Virus record (IMG/VR): IMGVR_UViG_3300036826_000357
Coordinates: 1-64,000 of that record
Source: a virus
Strand: one strand, 5' to 3'
DNA: 64,000 bases
A program made the translations under genes and the position numbers. Positions within the stretch are counted from its first letter, which is position 1, and each line of letters starts with the position of its first letter. Positions 9,650-19,586 of the stretch are shown piece after piece. The notes under the pieces are model-generated. The model made no database searches, was not told the DNA's origin, and saw only the letters and a list, made by a program, of their open reading frames with translations.

Positions 9650-11122
9650 ATGGGTCGGATGTGGATGGCGGTCCTCGGTAGTCTGATGATGGCGACGGTG
9701 GGATACGCCATGAATGCGAATCCCCGAGTCGGACCGGCCGGAACGACGGTCAATCTGGTCTCGCAGGCGCGCAATCTCACCAGCGGGGTCAAATGGGACT
9801 TCGGGGACGGCACAAAGATGGAAGGAGCAGGCATTCAGGACCACACCTGGAATGCGCCCGGGTCGTTCAAGGTCATCGCCAGCTGGATTGTCGGAACGAC
9901 CACACACACCGACACGGCCACAGTGACCGTCACTGGAGGCACACCGACTCCCACAACGACGGCTCCTTCGACGGTCCCTGGTGAAACGTCGACTACCACC
10001 ACCACCGAAGAGCCGGAACCAACCACGTCAACGACAGTGCCGTTGGCGTTCCCACTGATCGATCCGACCTACTGCACAGTCACCATCGCGATCCCGAACC
10101 AGACGCATTTTCTCTGGTGGTGCTCCGGGACACCTGCGAAACCGGAATGCCATACCGCCGATCAAGCCGAACGCGACGCGATGGAATCGTTCATGACCGA
10201 TGTCGCCTGGCCGGAACTCGACCGCTACGTGCGCGACGAGCCGGCGTGCAAGAGTCTGCTCTGGTACTCCGGCAGCAAATTGGGCGAGATTACGACGGGA
10301 CTCGGGACCGGACCATTCTACTTCGATCTGGCCTCAACCTCGCCGTGGTATGTGAAGGATGCCGGACGGAATTACGGCAATGATTGGTATTACGCCGATT
10401 CCGTACGGACGTGTGTCCTTGGTGGGACGGCGGCACAGCGCTGTGCAGCGAAAATGTCGTTGGGACTGCGCGAGTACCTGAACATCCGCGTCGAAGGTGG
10501 CGAATGCGTGGCTGGTGGCATTACCTGTCCGCTGCCCGTGAAGGGTGCCATCGACGGACCGACATCAAAAGCCGGCGTAGCGGATCGGAAGGCAAAGATC
10601 GTACCACCGACCGACTCGAAGGTGCTCGACCTGCTACACCGGACACACGTGGCCCACAAAGCAGTCTCCGATGTTCGCTGCGGACTCCCGGGCGATGTGA
10701 CTGCACCGAGTGTGAAGGCAGCACATCAAGCCTACGAGTCGAGTCCTTACTGCCAGCAGAACGCGACGTACCGGCACTTCTGCCGGATGAAGATCTTCTC
10801 CGGCTACGCCGATACCGTAGAGAACGGCAACCCGAACGGCTGGACACGGGAAGAGGAATGCAAGTGGGCGCGGAAGCAGGACGAAGCTCACATGCAGTGG
10901 ATGCAGGGAGAGGAACAGGGGAATTGGGTCATCGCCTGGCGAGCCGATAGCTGGCACCGCTGGCTACATGGCTTCATGAACCGGAAGCCTGCACCGGACG
11001 TGATAATTCCAGTCCGGTGGGCCTGCACCTTCGATCCCAACGTCGAAATGGGCGTCTGCCCGACACCGACCGCAGCCGAATACCTGGCTTCGATCCCGAC
11101 TCCGGAAATGGGACCGAACTAG
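9650..11122 (+). CDS. Secreted PKD-domain protein
   Basis: Signal peptide; WDFGDG...HTWNAPG PKD signature; Thr/Pro linker; Cys/His-rich C-domain. Confidence 0.8.
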   Translation: MGRMWMAVLGSLMMATVGYAMNANPRVGPAGTTVNLVSQARNLTSGVKWDFGDGTKMEGAGIQDHTWNAPGSFKVIASWIVGTTTHTDTATVTVTGGTPTPTTTAPSTVPGETSTTTTTEEPEPTTSTTVPLAFPLIDPTYCTVTIAIPNQTHFLWWCSGTPAKPECHTADQAERDAMESFMTDVAWPELDRYVRDEPACKSLLWYSGSKLGEITTGLGTGPFYFDLASTSPWYVKDAGRNYGNDWYYADSVRTCVLGGTAAQRCAAKMSLGLREYLNIRVEGGECVAGGITCPLPVKGAIDGPTSKAGVADRKAKIVPPTDSKVLDLLHRTHVAHKAVSDVRCGLPGDVTAPSVKAAHQAYESSPYCQQNATYRHFCRMKIFSGYADTVENGNPNGWTREEECKWARKQDEAHMQWMQGEEQGNWVIAWRADSWHRWLHGFMNRKPAPDVIIPVRWACTFDPNVEMGVCPTPTAAEYLASIPTPEMGPN

Positions 11123-11601
11123 CCGCCGATCAGTACGCCCCGCCGCAGCCCGCAATGGATGCGGCGGATGGGCGCATGGAGCCGGTGGGGACCGACAACA
11201 GTATTGTTGCGGATACCGAGCGAGGATCGTACGGCATCGGCATCGATGCTGAATCGGTCACAGATGGCTTCAAAAGCCATCGGCCAGACTGATTCCTTTT
11301 CGGTGAACCAGTCGAGTAACTCGTTCATGACCAATTCCCAATGCCGACGTGCCGCGATATGTGCCGTGGAGTAATACTCCTGAAATTTGGGGGATGAGAT
11401 TCGGTGCCATTCCAGTATCGCGTTCTCCAGCACCGCGAAGCACAGCTTTAACTCGCCAGAGAACTCGGAAACCGGACGCCGATTTCGATACTCATACTGC
11501 GATGGCAGCATAAGATCCACGTCCAGTTTGGGCTCATACATCGACCGATCCGATCGGATCATCGGCCGCACCCCTCCCCCGCCGTCGAGTGTTACGACCA
11601 C
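11119..11601 (-). CDS. Conserved hypothetical protein (paralog of 3959-4462)
   Basis: LPSQY...ELKLCFAVLENAI...WF...WPMAFEAICDRFSIDADAVR. Confidence 0.7.
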   Translation of the reverse strand: MVVTLDGGGGVRPMIRSDRSMYEPKLDVDLMLPSQYEYRNRRPVSEFSGELKLCFAVLENAILEWHRISSPKFQEYYSTAHIAARRHWELVMNELLDWFTEKESVWPMAFEAICDRFSIDADAVRSSLGIRNNTVVGPHRLHAPIRRIHCGLRRGVLIGG

Positions 11602-11822
11602 TTCGAGTGTGGCATGACGTGCCGGTGGACTTCAGCGCCCACTGGAAAGCGGACGATCCGAAGTGCCTTCCGACGGATCCGTGCCCGGGTAGACTGATAC
11701 CGCCGGCCGGCACGGAAGGCTAACCCACCGATCACCACAACAGAGAACGCACTACCAACCACGGCACCGAGACCGAACGTCCACCAATCAACCGCCCACA
11801 CCATCGTCACCAGCGTTGTCAT
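11592..11822 (-). CDS. Small single-TM protein
   Basis: Hydrophobic segment then basic tail. Confidence 0.5.
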   Translation of the reverse strand: MTTLVTMVWAVDWWTFGLGAVVGSAFSVVVIGGLAFRAGRRYQSTRARIRRKALRIVRFPVGAEVHRHVMPHSKWS

Positions 11823-12463
11823 TGGACTGTTTCTGGCTCGTCGTCCTCTGGTTCCTCTGGTTCGTCTGTGTTGCCTCGGATGCTTTCGATCAATCGGCTC
11901 GTTGCTTTCCGGAACCGATCCCGACGCTGCGCTTCGACCGCCAACAGCGTGCCGTAATCGAGTGACTTGATATCCACTTCATGTTTCACAGGCTCCCGGG
12001 CGATTAGTCCGGTCTGCAATTGGTACTCGGTAAACTCCTTGAGGGTACCACGTAGCTGTTCGATTGCCATGCCGATCGTGGGCAGCAACATGGGCATCTG
12101 CGTTTCGTTCTGCACTGCCCTGGCAACCCGCTCTGTCTGCACATTGACCAGCCAGACATAGCGCTCGAAGATGTCAACCTGTTCCTTGAGATGCGGCTCC
12201 ATCATCGCGCGCAGATTATTGGCTCTCGGATCGTCTGGACTGAGTACGATCCCAAGCACTTGGTGGCGGTATTCGCGCAATAGCCTGACGAGCGTCTCGG
12301 ACTTAATCTTCGTGCAATAGCCCATTTCCGACTGAATCACGCGCGCGACGTGCTCGATACTCTCACCACGCGCCAGGCGTGCGTTGATTTCCTCGAACTT
12401 TGGAAGATCGAGAATCTTACGGAACCGGCGATTGAATGCGTTCAGGTCGGTAACTTCGGCCAT
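11819..12463 (-). CDS. Putative terminase small subunit / HTH protein
   Basis: N-terminal HTH-like (LARGESIEHVARVI), helical oligomerisation-like middle, EPVKHEVDI, acidic tail. Confidence 0.4.
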   Translation of the reverse strand: MAEVTDLNAFNRRFRKILDLPKFEEINARLARGESIEHVARVIQSEMGYCTKIKSETLVRLLREYRHQVLGIVLSPDDPRANNLRAMMEPHLKEQVDIFERYVWLVNVQTERVARAVQNETQMPMLLPTIGMAIEQLRGTLKEFTEYQLQTGLIAREPVKHEVDIKSLDYGTLLAVEAQRRDRFRKATSRLIESIRGNTDEPEEPEDDEPETVQ

Positions 12464-12496
12464 AACCCACCTGGTAGCGAACTCAGAGTAGTCGAT

Positions 12497-12718
12497 TCAA
12501 CTCGGGGAACGACGGATCGGAATCAGACCGATTTCTCCCGGCCCTTTCGAGACATGCTCCATCGCCTCAGCCAGCCATTCAATCTGTCGCGGCATCGGAT
12601 CGTTCAGATACGCCGACCACGCTTTCTCGCCTTTCTGCAACACGACCGACTGCGAGAGCCGCACCTTGGGAAAGCCGAGTGAACGACCTTTTTCTAGTAA
12701 CTGCTCAGCCGTCTTCAT
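12497..12718 (-). CDS. Hypothetical protein
   Basis: MKTAEQLLEKG... internal start of ORF 12497-12862. Confidence 0.45.
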   Translation of the reverse strand: MKTAEQLLEKGRSLGFPKVRLSQSVVLQKGEKAWSAYLNDPMPRQIEWLAEAMEHVSKGPGEIGLIPIRRSPS

Positions 12719-13004
12719 CCGCTGCCACTTCCTCCGGCTGAAATCCAGCATCCCGAAGCGCGTCCGTAATCGGGTGCCGATTGCCCCGGTCCATGTTGCA
12801 GTGGGCATGCGCTGGCACCATGTTTCGGAAAGTATTCGGGCCTCCACGAGAACTCGGGACATAGTGATCCACCGTCATCGTCTCAAGAGTCAATGGTTCG
12901 CGACACCAAAAACACCGACCACGCGTCTTTGCCAGCAACTTTAACTTCCGCTGCCGGCGCTCGCGTTGACGTGGACTTAGCGGTCCCTTCTTTTTCTTCC
13001 GCAC
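12705..13004 (-). CDS. HNH endonuclease
   Basis: RCFWC...TVDHYVPSSRGG...N...HCNMDRG. Confidence 0.85.
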   Translation of the reverse strand: MRKKKKGPLSPRQRERRQRKLKLLAKTRGRCFWCREPLTLETMTVDHYVPSSRGGPNTFRNMVPAHAHCNMDRGNRHPITDALRDAGFQPEEVAADEDG

Positions 13005-13008
13005 CCGA

Positions 13009-13464
13009 TTACATCCCCCACAAACCCCAGCGGAGTCGGTCAGCAGCAGCCCGATTGAGAATCAGCCCGCCAACATCGCCAACATGATGAACCTCGGAAT
13101 CCGGAGCGACATCAACCTTCGGCACAAACCGAATCGCTGAACCAATCCGGCATTTCAGACTGACCGCGTGTTCGGCAAGTATGGTCACAGGCGAAATAAG
13201 AATCAATCCCTGCCCGGTGTGATCGACCACCGATAGATCAACCCAGGCAACGGCAACCTTCTTGGATTTCGTCCGGGGACGAGGAACCGATCGCTTCGGA
13301 GAAGGCAACCGCTCCAGGTTAGCAACCAGATCCATCAGGCCATCCCGGGACTGTTGGAGCAGCCGGAAGTCATCCGCCGAGCCTTTGGAATCCGGATGGT
13401 ACTTCGGTGCGAGCGCCCGATACCCCGCCTGCACAATCCGCCGCATCATATCGCTCGCGTGCAT
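13009..13464 (-). CDS. J-domain (DnaJ-like) protein
   Basis: YRALAPKYHPDSKGSADDFRLL. Confidence 0.7.
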   Translation of the reverse strand: MHASDMMRRIVQAGYRALAPKYHPDSKGSADDFRLLQQSRDGLMDLVANLERLPSPKRSVPRPRTKSKKVAVAWVDLSVVDHTGQGLILISPVTILAEHAVSLKCRIGSAIRFVPKVDVAPDSEVHHVGDVGGLILNRAAADRLRWGLWGM

Positions 13465-13468
13465 TAGC

Positions 13469-13825
13469 TCATTTGCGTTTTCCAGGCCGCTTCAGCGGCT
13501 TCGCGGAGAAGTGGTCAGGAAAAGTAAACTGCCGGATGCAGTTATCGCAGGGAGTCGGAGTCAGTCGAATGAACTGCCATTCCCGGAGTGGACCGAACAG
13601 CATAACGCAGCCGGCACGATGGATACTGCATGCGTAGTTCCCACACAGATGGCACCGCGATAACGTATCACCTTCCCGCTCGTTCTTGTCTCGCGTCAGG
13701 AGCGCCAGACTTTCCCATTCCTTGTCGCAGTTTGGAACGAAGCATTTCCGTTTGTGCTTCGGAATCTTCTTGAGTATTGGTTTCGCGGTTCCCCAGCCTC
13801 GTACTTCTGTCTCTTCCTTTTTCAC
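13469..13825 (-). CDS. Hypothetical Zn-binding protein
   Basis: Several CxxC motifs. Confidence 0.55.
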   Translation of the reverse strand: MKKEETEVRGWGTAKPILKKIPKHKRKCFVPNCDKEWESLALLTRDKNEREGDTLSRCHLCGNYACSIHRAGCVMLFGPLREWQFIRLTPTPCDNCIRQFTFPDHFSAKPLKRPGKRK

Positions 13826-14025
13826 TCCTTCTCCATGGTCATGGAAATACGCGGAATCCCATTGAGCACATCGAGCCCGATGTTGATAACCAGAGCGTCG
13901 TCGTCATCATCGAGTGGATCAACTCGGAGGGTCAGTGCGCCGTCGCCGAGCCGCTCGATGTGGAAATGGCCGAGCCCTTCGGAACAGACGGCTTCGCCAT
14001 CGGGATCGAAAATCTGGATGTTCAT
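13822..14025 (-). CDS. Hypothetical protein
   Basis: Coupled start/stop overlaps with neighbours. Confidence 0.55.
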   Translation of the reverse strand: MNIQIFDPDGEAVCSEGLGHFHIERLGDGALTLRVDPLDDDDDALVINIGLDVLNGIPRISMTMEKE

Positions 14026-14276
14026 TGTGTGCTGAACGATCGAGGCGTCAGAATCCGCTTCGCCTGCTGCGTGCCGAGTGCGAGGTTCCGGCGGATCTGT
14101 TGGCGAGCGTACTCATCCAAGAAGCAGGCCACACCCAGAATCTGGGCCGGCTCGACACCATTCTGAAATGTCACTTCGGCGACCGCCTGTCCGGTTGCCG
14201 CGAAAGTAATGAGAATCCGTGGTCTTGTATCGCGCCCCGACTCCTCTGCCTGCGCTGCCTCATCCCGTTCCGCCAT
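14022..14276 (-). CDS. Hypothetical protein
   Basis: GGGAGGT RBS; TTGACA at about 14316 upstream. Confidence 0.55.
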   Translation of the reverse strand: MAERDEAAQAEESGRDTRPRILITFAATGQAVAEVTFQNGVEPAQILGVACFLDEYARQQIRRNLALGTQQAKRILTPRSFSTQ

Positions 14277-14317
14277 CAGCTACCTCCCCTCACATAGGCC
14301 ACTTCCCTGAGCTTTTG

Positions 14318-15091
14318 TCAACCCTCGGGATCGACCATGGTCTCGTTGGTCGGCGCTTCCACCTTCGCCAGCTTGACTCCATAGGCCCGCTGGAGATTGG
14401 CCAGGTGCCACTCCAACGACTGCTCCGGGTCGACTGCATTCGCCCGGTAGTCCGTACAGATCAGATCGAGCGCATCCCCACGACTCAGCGGAGCGGTCTT
14501 CTGGTCGGCTCCGGCAACCTGCTCGATGCACGCTTCGACGTTTTCCCGCTGCTCTTCCGTCATCCGTACCTGTAACGTCACCATCAAATCGTCGGTGTCC
14601 TCATCCGTATCATCCGCCCGCCGCTTCGCCCGTTCCTTCGTCACTGCCTCGGTAATCTGCGCTGCCGTCATACTCTTTGCACGTTCCAGCCATTCCTCCA
14701 ACGTCTCCGATGTCGCCACCCGGAGCAATTCACGCGATTTCGCCCAGCCCGCTTCCTGCAATTTGGTCGGAGTCAACCCCAGACTCTTTGCTTTGAGGTA
14801 GACACGGATCAGATACATCGCCGGCCGGTAGCCGATTCCCAGCACCTTCGGACAGTAATCCCGGAACGGCAACTTCGAGTCTTGCTTCCAGCGGTCGTTC
14901 TCGTAGAGGTAGTTCAGGCAGCCCCCCTGCAAGTACCGCGAACAGTCGCCGGTATCGCGGAGCTTCCCGATTAACGCGGTGACTTGTGGTACCGAGACGA
15001 CAACAGCCGGAGATTTCTCCGGGTCACAGACATGCAACGCCTGCTCAAAGACACCAGTTTGTGCGGCAACACTTTGCTCAGCCATGACCAC
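14318..15091 (-). CDS. Putative DNA-binding protein (DUF3102-like)
   Basis: GG-L...F-DYC...LGIGYRPAMYLI...GWAK-RELL pattern. Confidence 0.55.
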   Translation of the reverse strand: MVMAEQSVAAQTGVFEQALHVCDPEKSPAVVVSVPQVTALIGKLRDTGDCSRYLQGGCLNYLYENDRWKQDSKLPFRDYCPKVLGIGYRPAMYLIRVYLKAKSLGLTPTKLQEAGWAKSRELLRVATSETLEEWLERAKSMTAAQITEAVTKERAKRRADDTDEDTDDLMVTLQVRMTEEQRENVEACIEQVAGADQKTAPLSRGDALDLICTDYRANAVDPEQSLEWHLANLQRAYGVKLAKVEAPTNETMVDPEG

Positions 15092-15100
15092 AACCTCCCA

Positions 15101-15439
15101 CTACTGATCCCGTTCATCATCATCCTCATATGGTCCCCGACGAGGAGAGAGACAGAACTCGATCCAGTCGCCGAATACTGATAATCCCTTATCGCTGTTC
15201 TGCACCAGACGACCATGAACAACAATGCGGCTGCCGGCTTCTAACCGATCCAGACAGCGTGCGGCACGCTTCCCGAAGACCACAATCGGGACGACCAATG
15301 CGCGATTCGACTGCTCTGCTGGGCCTCCATCATTCACTTCCAGAAGTAACTGCGCGATCGGTCCGACCCGCTGCGTCTTGTCTTCGATCGGATCCTCCCG
15401 CAATACACCACTCAACGTCAGAAAATTAAGGCTCCGCAC
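15101..15439 (-). CDS. ssb: Single-stranded DNA-binding protein
   Basis: LN...LSG...DP...VVFGKRA...GSRIVVHGRL; acidic tail. Confidence 0.8.
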   Translation of the reverse strand: MRSLNFLTLSGVLREDPIEDKTQRVGPIAQLLLEVNDGGPAEQSNRALVVPIVVFGKRAARCLDRLEAGSRIVVHGRLVQNSDKGLSVFGDWIEFCLSPRRGPYEDDDERDQ

Positions 15440-16025
15440 GACCTTTACCCTCCGCCACCCGGTCGAGAAGCCGCAACTTCAGTTCCAGAGCGCCGTGATC
15501 CCGCAACATGGCGGGACGCACGATAATCTCCACTCCGGTGCGTCGACCGTAGAATTTGACGATGTGCTCATCCACGATTTGCGCATCGTCCTTCCACACC
15601 ACACCCGTCAGACAGTCCTCGACTGCCCGGGTCAGCTTCAACACATCCGGCTTCTTCGTATGCCACGGGGGCGCATTGCGCCGGAGCGTACCACCCGGTG
15701 TCCAGTGACCTTTCACACGCGGCAATACAAAGAGCAGATTGAGAATGACCGGCCCCTCGAATGGGGAGAACTTCCATGCCTGCTGCGCGGCGAACTGGAC
15801 GGCGGCACGCCAGTGCTTCACCCGGTCGCCACTCGCATCGGAGACCGCGACATGCGTCTTCCCGTCCTTGCCGCGATAGGGGAACGCACGCTTCGAGCCA
15901 CCCGGGACCGGCAGACCGGCCACGAAGAAGCGGACGGTCAGTTCATCTTGTAAAGCATCGGTCGGCTGCGGGGCAGGAAATAGCTCGCGGGTCGGCTCGA
16001 CTGGCACACGCTCGTTCTCCACCAT
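15426..16025 (-). CDS. rusA: RusA-family Holliday junction resolvase
   Basis: GLPVPGGSKR...KPDVLKLTRAVEDCLTGVVWKDDAQIV. Confidence 0.85.
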   Translation of the reverse strand: MVENERVPVEPTRELFPAPQPTDALQDELTVRFFVAGLPVPGGSKRAFPYRGKDGKTHVAVSDASGDRVKHWRAAVQFAAQQAWKFSPFEGPVILNLLFVLPRVKGHWTPGGTLRRNAPPWHTKKPDVLKLTRAVEDCLTGVVWKDDAQIVDEHIVKFYGRRTGVEIIVRPAMLRDHGALELKLRLLDRVAEGKGRAEP

Positions 16026-16806
16026 GCTGGATTTCCTTCAGCTTCGCGGCAACGCGATTCCAGACCCGGGCATCGAAGCGGATCATGAACTCTCGGAACG
16101 GCGACTTCTTCTCCAATGCCATCGAGACATAGAGAATCCGCCCCCACGATAATCCGGCGAGCTTCATGTAGACGTGCAGACGGAATTCGTGCTCTGGCTG
16201 CGGAGCCTTCAACAGCTTGAACAGCGCACCATCGATCGTCTTGATTTCCAACACGCCGAGCCCATAGAGCGGATCCTTGTCCAGCCCGTCCAAGTGCCCA
16301 ACCAGCTTCAACTCCTCGTCCTTGTACTCCGGCTCGACGTAATCGAAACGGCGAGAACCACAGGCACAGTACGTGGGCATCTTGCCGGTAATGAGCCCGT
16401 TGCACCGGACACATTTCCATTGCCCGTAGAGCCGGCCCATCGGCCCGAGATACTGCTGCCGGACCAGATCATGCACCGTCGAGCCTACGTCGAACCGCAT
16501 CCGTAGGCCCGGCGGGATCACCTTCAGCGTCTCGTCGCCGAACTGCTTCGCATACTTCCGAAACAGGACGACCTGCTTCGTGCATAGCTCCCACAGACTC
16601 GACGCGTGCACGTACTCCCCCTGCTCACGCGGCGGCTCGATCTCCGTCAGAAACACATCGAGATTCTCGCGGAGCGTCGGTCGGGGAGACTGCGGCGGGA
16701 TGGGAATCGGGACTACGGCTGGGACGGGAGCGGATTGCGCACGTTCATCGTCACCAGCCAGCAAACGGCCCAATCCCACATCAACCTCCGCCGCCAACGA
16801 TACCAC
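15943..16806 (-). CDS. PD-(D/E)XK exonuclease (Cas4/RecB-like)
   Basis: HASSL..C, GSTVH, GHLDG...LEIKT, YM, terminal C...CP...C. Confidence 0.8.
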   Translation of the reverse strand: MVSLAAEVDVGLGRLLAGDDERAQSAPVPAVVPIPIPPQSPRPTLRENLDVFLTEIEPPREQGEYVHASSLWELCTKQVVLFRKYAKQFGDETLKVIPPGLRMRFDVGSTVHDLVRQQYLGPMGRLYGQWKCVRCNGLITGKMPTYCACGSRRFDYVEPEYKDEELKLVGHLDGLDKDPLYGLGVLEIKTIDGALFKLLKAPQPEHEFRLHVYMKLAGLSWGRILYVSMALEKKSPFREFMIRFDARVWNRVAAKLKEIQHGGERACASRADPRAISCPAADRCFTR

Positions 16807-16812
16807 GAGACG

Positions 16813-17175
16813 CTAGCCAAGCTCACAATCCTCAAGCAACGTCTCGAACACATACGCGGGAACCATGATCCACAGCGCACCGTTCTTCAGCACTCCATCG
16901 TGACGGAATTCGATCCCGAAATAGGGATACTTTCCGAGCGCCATTGCTTCTCGCTCGATCTTCGCGAGTGCGGCGTGTTTCAGACGGTATTCCGACGCTG
17001 CCGTCCATTTCAACTCAGCCAGGAAGTGCCGGCGCTCGACATCCCCCCGCGCCATCGACTGATTGCCACTACCCGGTTGCCGCTTTCCCCCAACGTCCCG
17101 AGCATGACGCCGTTCCTGCCGCTTCGCAATACGTGCCGGTACGATGTCTCGATGTAAGTAGGTGCGTGGCATCAA
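16813..17175 (-). CDS. Hjc-like resolvase/endonuclease
   Basis: QE...GG.RQPGSG....GDV...AELKWT. Confidence 0.7.
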   Translation of the reverse strand: MMPRTYLHRDIVPARIAKRQERRHARDVGGKRQPGSGNQSMARGDVERRHFLAELKWTAASEYRLKHAALAKIEREAMALGKYPYFGIEFRHDGVLKNGALWIMVPAYVFETLLEDCELG

Positions 17176-17270
17176 CCCTCACAGGACAGGTGGCCCAGCT
17201 TTGCGCAAGACCCTCTGCTTCCGCTCGCAGCATCCCCCAACTCACGTTGAGCCGGACCACCCTTCGGAAC

Positions 17271-17599
17271 TCAGGCAGCGTCTTCTTCCCCGCCAGTGCG
17301 GGTATCATCCTTGTCCAGCCAGCAATAGACTTCCCCTTGCGGTCCCTGCTGCGTCCGGACTCGATAGCCCTGGACACATTCCGGATGCCGCAACACGAAT
17401 CCGTTAATGGACGACATGACGCCACGCGGCGTCCGTCCACCCAGATTCGTCAGCCGTGCGCGCTTCCCCGTCCGGATGCACTGCTCGATCAACGCGCGCC
17501 ATTGCATCGAGATTGCCGTCATCCGTCGTGGCACTTCCGCCGCCTCCACCAGATCAAACTCCACCGGGGCCTTGCCCGAATGCTTCGCCATCCGCCTCA
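17271..17599 (-). CDS. Hypothetical protein
   Basis: Overlaps recA end; start uncertain. Confidence 0.45.
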
Positions 17600-18816
17600 T
17601 CCTCCTCAGAAAGAGTGTGCGGCACGCTTTGCGGAGCGTGCGCACGTTCAACAATCGCGAGTTGCGCCTTAGCAAAATCATCGCGGTTTTGCAACCAGGT
17701 TTCAGTTATTTCGGCTAACGTACGAAATTCCTTATCGCCGGCATACCAACCTGGCTTTTCGAGGCTCTTCCGAACGTACCCCGTCCGTTTGGCGAAGCCC
17801 ATCACGGCCCGAAAATCGTCTGATTCCCCCTTCCGCACCGCCTCGTAATCTTTCAGCGCCAACGTAAACTCGCCCTCCATCCCCGGTGGAGAGACCTTAC
17901 TGTACTGCACTTTAAAGCCCATGGTCACTGCTTGTGGCGGTCGGGATTTGTCGCTTCCCTCCCAATGAATCTCTTTCTGCCGCATGCGAATGACCACGCT
18001 GCTCCCGAAGAGTTGACCACGCCCTCCCGGCTCGACCATCGGAATACTATGACCGAAGCCTGTTACCTTCTCCCGAAGTTGATTAATCAGGAGCACAGTC
18101 GGCATGCGGCCTTGTCGGCGTCCTTCTTGTACTGCCGACACGACTTTCCGCATCATCTTGTTGACTAGTCTCGCCTGGAGCCCCTGCTGCCAATTCATCG
18201 CCGTATCTTCGATTTCGGTAGTCGGCGTCATCTGCGCGATCGAATCGAGAACAACAAACCCGACTTCGTTCGTACGCAAAACGGCATCGATGATGTCGAT
18301 TGCCTGCTCCGCAAATTCCGGGCGTCCCAAGTAGAAGCGATTCTCGTCTAAATCCACGCCCATCACTTCTGCCCATGCAGGATCGAACACCCCTTCGACA
18401 TCGATCCACACCACCATGGATTGCTCCGGCTGCGCACACTGGCACTGTTCCCGCCAGAGACAGCATCGAGAGCACAAGCGCTGATAGTTGGCACTCGCTT
18501 TGAGCGCCCCGGTCGATTTCCCACACCCCTTCTGCCCGGAGAGCAAGGAAATGCGCGCGGCAGGTAACCCACCGACCAGCGCGTAATCGAGTGGGAAGAT
18601 CCCGAACGGGATACGCGGAATCGCCAGCGACACCATCCCACGCGCCGGTACCAAGACGCCGGCCCCGTACTGCTTCTCCAGGTGCTGCCGAACCACCGCG
18701 AATGGAACAACCTCGGTGGGAGCGAGCTTCTTCTTCCCCTTCGGCTTCTTGTCCTCCGGAGGCGTGGGAAGTGGCGATTCGCCTATGAAGTCCGACGACG
18801 GCTCATCCGGCCACAT
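17554..18816 (-). CDS. recA: RecA-like recombinase
   Basis: LDYALVGGLP, Walker A GQKGCGKST, WIDVEG, VVLDSIA, GLQARLV, LINQLREKV, PGG. Confidence 0.92.
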   Translation of the reverse strand: MWPDEPSSDFIGESPLPTPPEDKKPKGKKKLAPTEVVPFAVVRQHLEKQYGAGVLVPARGMVSLAIPRIPFGIFPLDYALVGGLPAARISLLSGQKGCGKSTGALKASANYQRLCSRCCLWREQCQCAQPEQSMVVWIDVEGVFDPAWAEVMGVDLDENRFYLGRPEFAEQAIDIIDAVLRTNEVGFVVLDSIAQMTPTTEIEDTAMNWQQGLQARLVNKMMRKVVSAVQEGRRQGRMPTVLLINQLREKVTGFGHSIPMVEPGGRGQLFGSSVVIRMRQKEIHWEGSDKSRPPQAVTMGFKVQYSKVSPPGMEGEFTLALKDYEAVRKGESDDFRAVMGFAKRTGYVRKSLEKPGWYAGDKEFRTLAEITETWLQNRDDFAKAQLAIVERAHAPQSVPHTLSEEDEADGEAFGQGPGGV

Positions 18817-19186
18817 GCTCCCTCCGCCGCTTCGCTTCCTCCGCCAACTCCGCTTGTTCCTTGATACAGCGATCCCCAACCCAGCGAGCGACGGCTTCGG
18901 CCGTCTGATCTACCTCAGCAACGTAACACGGCATCGAGAGAGAGACTTCGACCCGCGCCGAGTTGTAGTCACCCATGTTGATGGTGACTCCGTATTGATA
19001 CTTCACATAGGCAGGAGAGCCAATGAACGGGCGAATGGGAATCTTCCCAGACTCCGATTCCGGCTCTCGGTACGTAAACGATCGTTCGACATACCAGCGA
19101 CCGTCACGTTGCTCGACTCCCGCCGCCGTCATGAGATCCACGACGAGCACGGCCGATACCTGTGCCTCGCTCCCATCCATTCCCAT
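18803..19186 (-). CDS. Conserved phage hypothetical protein
   Basis: GVTINMGDYNSARVEVSLSMPC motif; start uncertain. Confidence 0.6.
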   Translation of the reverse strand: MGMDGSEAQVSAVLVVDLMTAAGVEQRDGRWYVERSFTYREPESESGKIPIRPFIGSPAYVKYQYGVTINMGDYNSARVEVSLSMPCYVAEVDQTAEAVARWVGDRCIKEQAELAEEAKRRREHVAG

Positions 19187-19586
19187 TCTCCCGCCGCTCC
19201 TCAACCAACTCACCCCAGAACTTGATCTGCTGCTGATCGAGGAGCCGCCCCAAGGCATCCAATTGCAGCACCATGTCCTTCACCGTATCGAGATTGGAAA
19301 AACCGTATGTCAGCAACGCCAGACGGACGTTGCCGAGTCCGTCGAGCGCATCACGATGCACCCGCTCGCGATACTGCTCGACGGTTAAATGGCCCTTGCG
19401 CTGGTTACAGCTTCGACACGCCGCCACCAGGTTTTTGTATACCGACCGGCCATTGGCGACACGAGGCGTCAGGTGATCGAGGGTCAGAATCCGCCGGTCA
19501 TACTCCCGGAGACCACAATACCAACACCTACCGTCACTCTTGCCCCGAACCAGCCGACTCAGCCGCCTCCGCCCCCGGTGACTCAT
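19104..19586 (-). CDS. HNH endonuclease
   Basis: CWYCG...TLDHLTP...NLVAACRSCNQRKG. Confidence 0.85.
   Translation of the reverse strand: MSHRGRRRLSRLVRGKSDGRCWYCGLREYDRRILTLDHLTPRVANGRSVYKNLVAACRSCNQRKGHLTVEQYRERVHRDALDGLGNVRLALLTYGFSNLDTVKDMVLQLDALGRLLDQQQIKFWGELVEERRENGNGWERGTGIGRARRGSHDGGGSRAT

Noticed and set aside
15943-16806. Cas4-like nuclease as a sign of CRISPR-Cas
   Set aside because: No repeat-spacer array or other cas genes; it sits in a recombination operon
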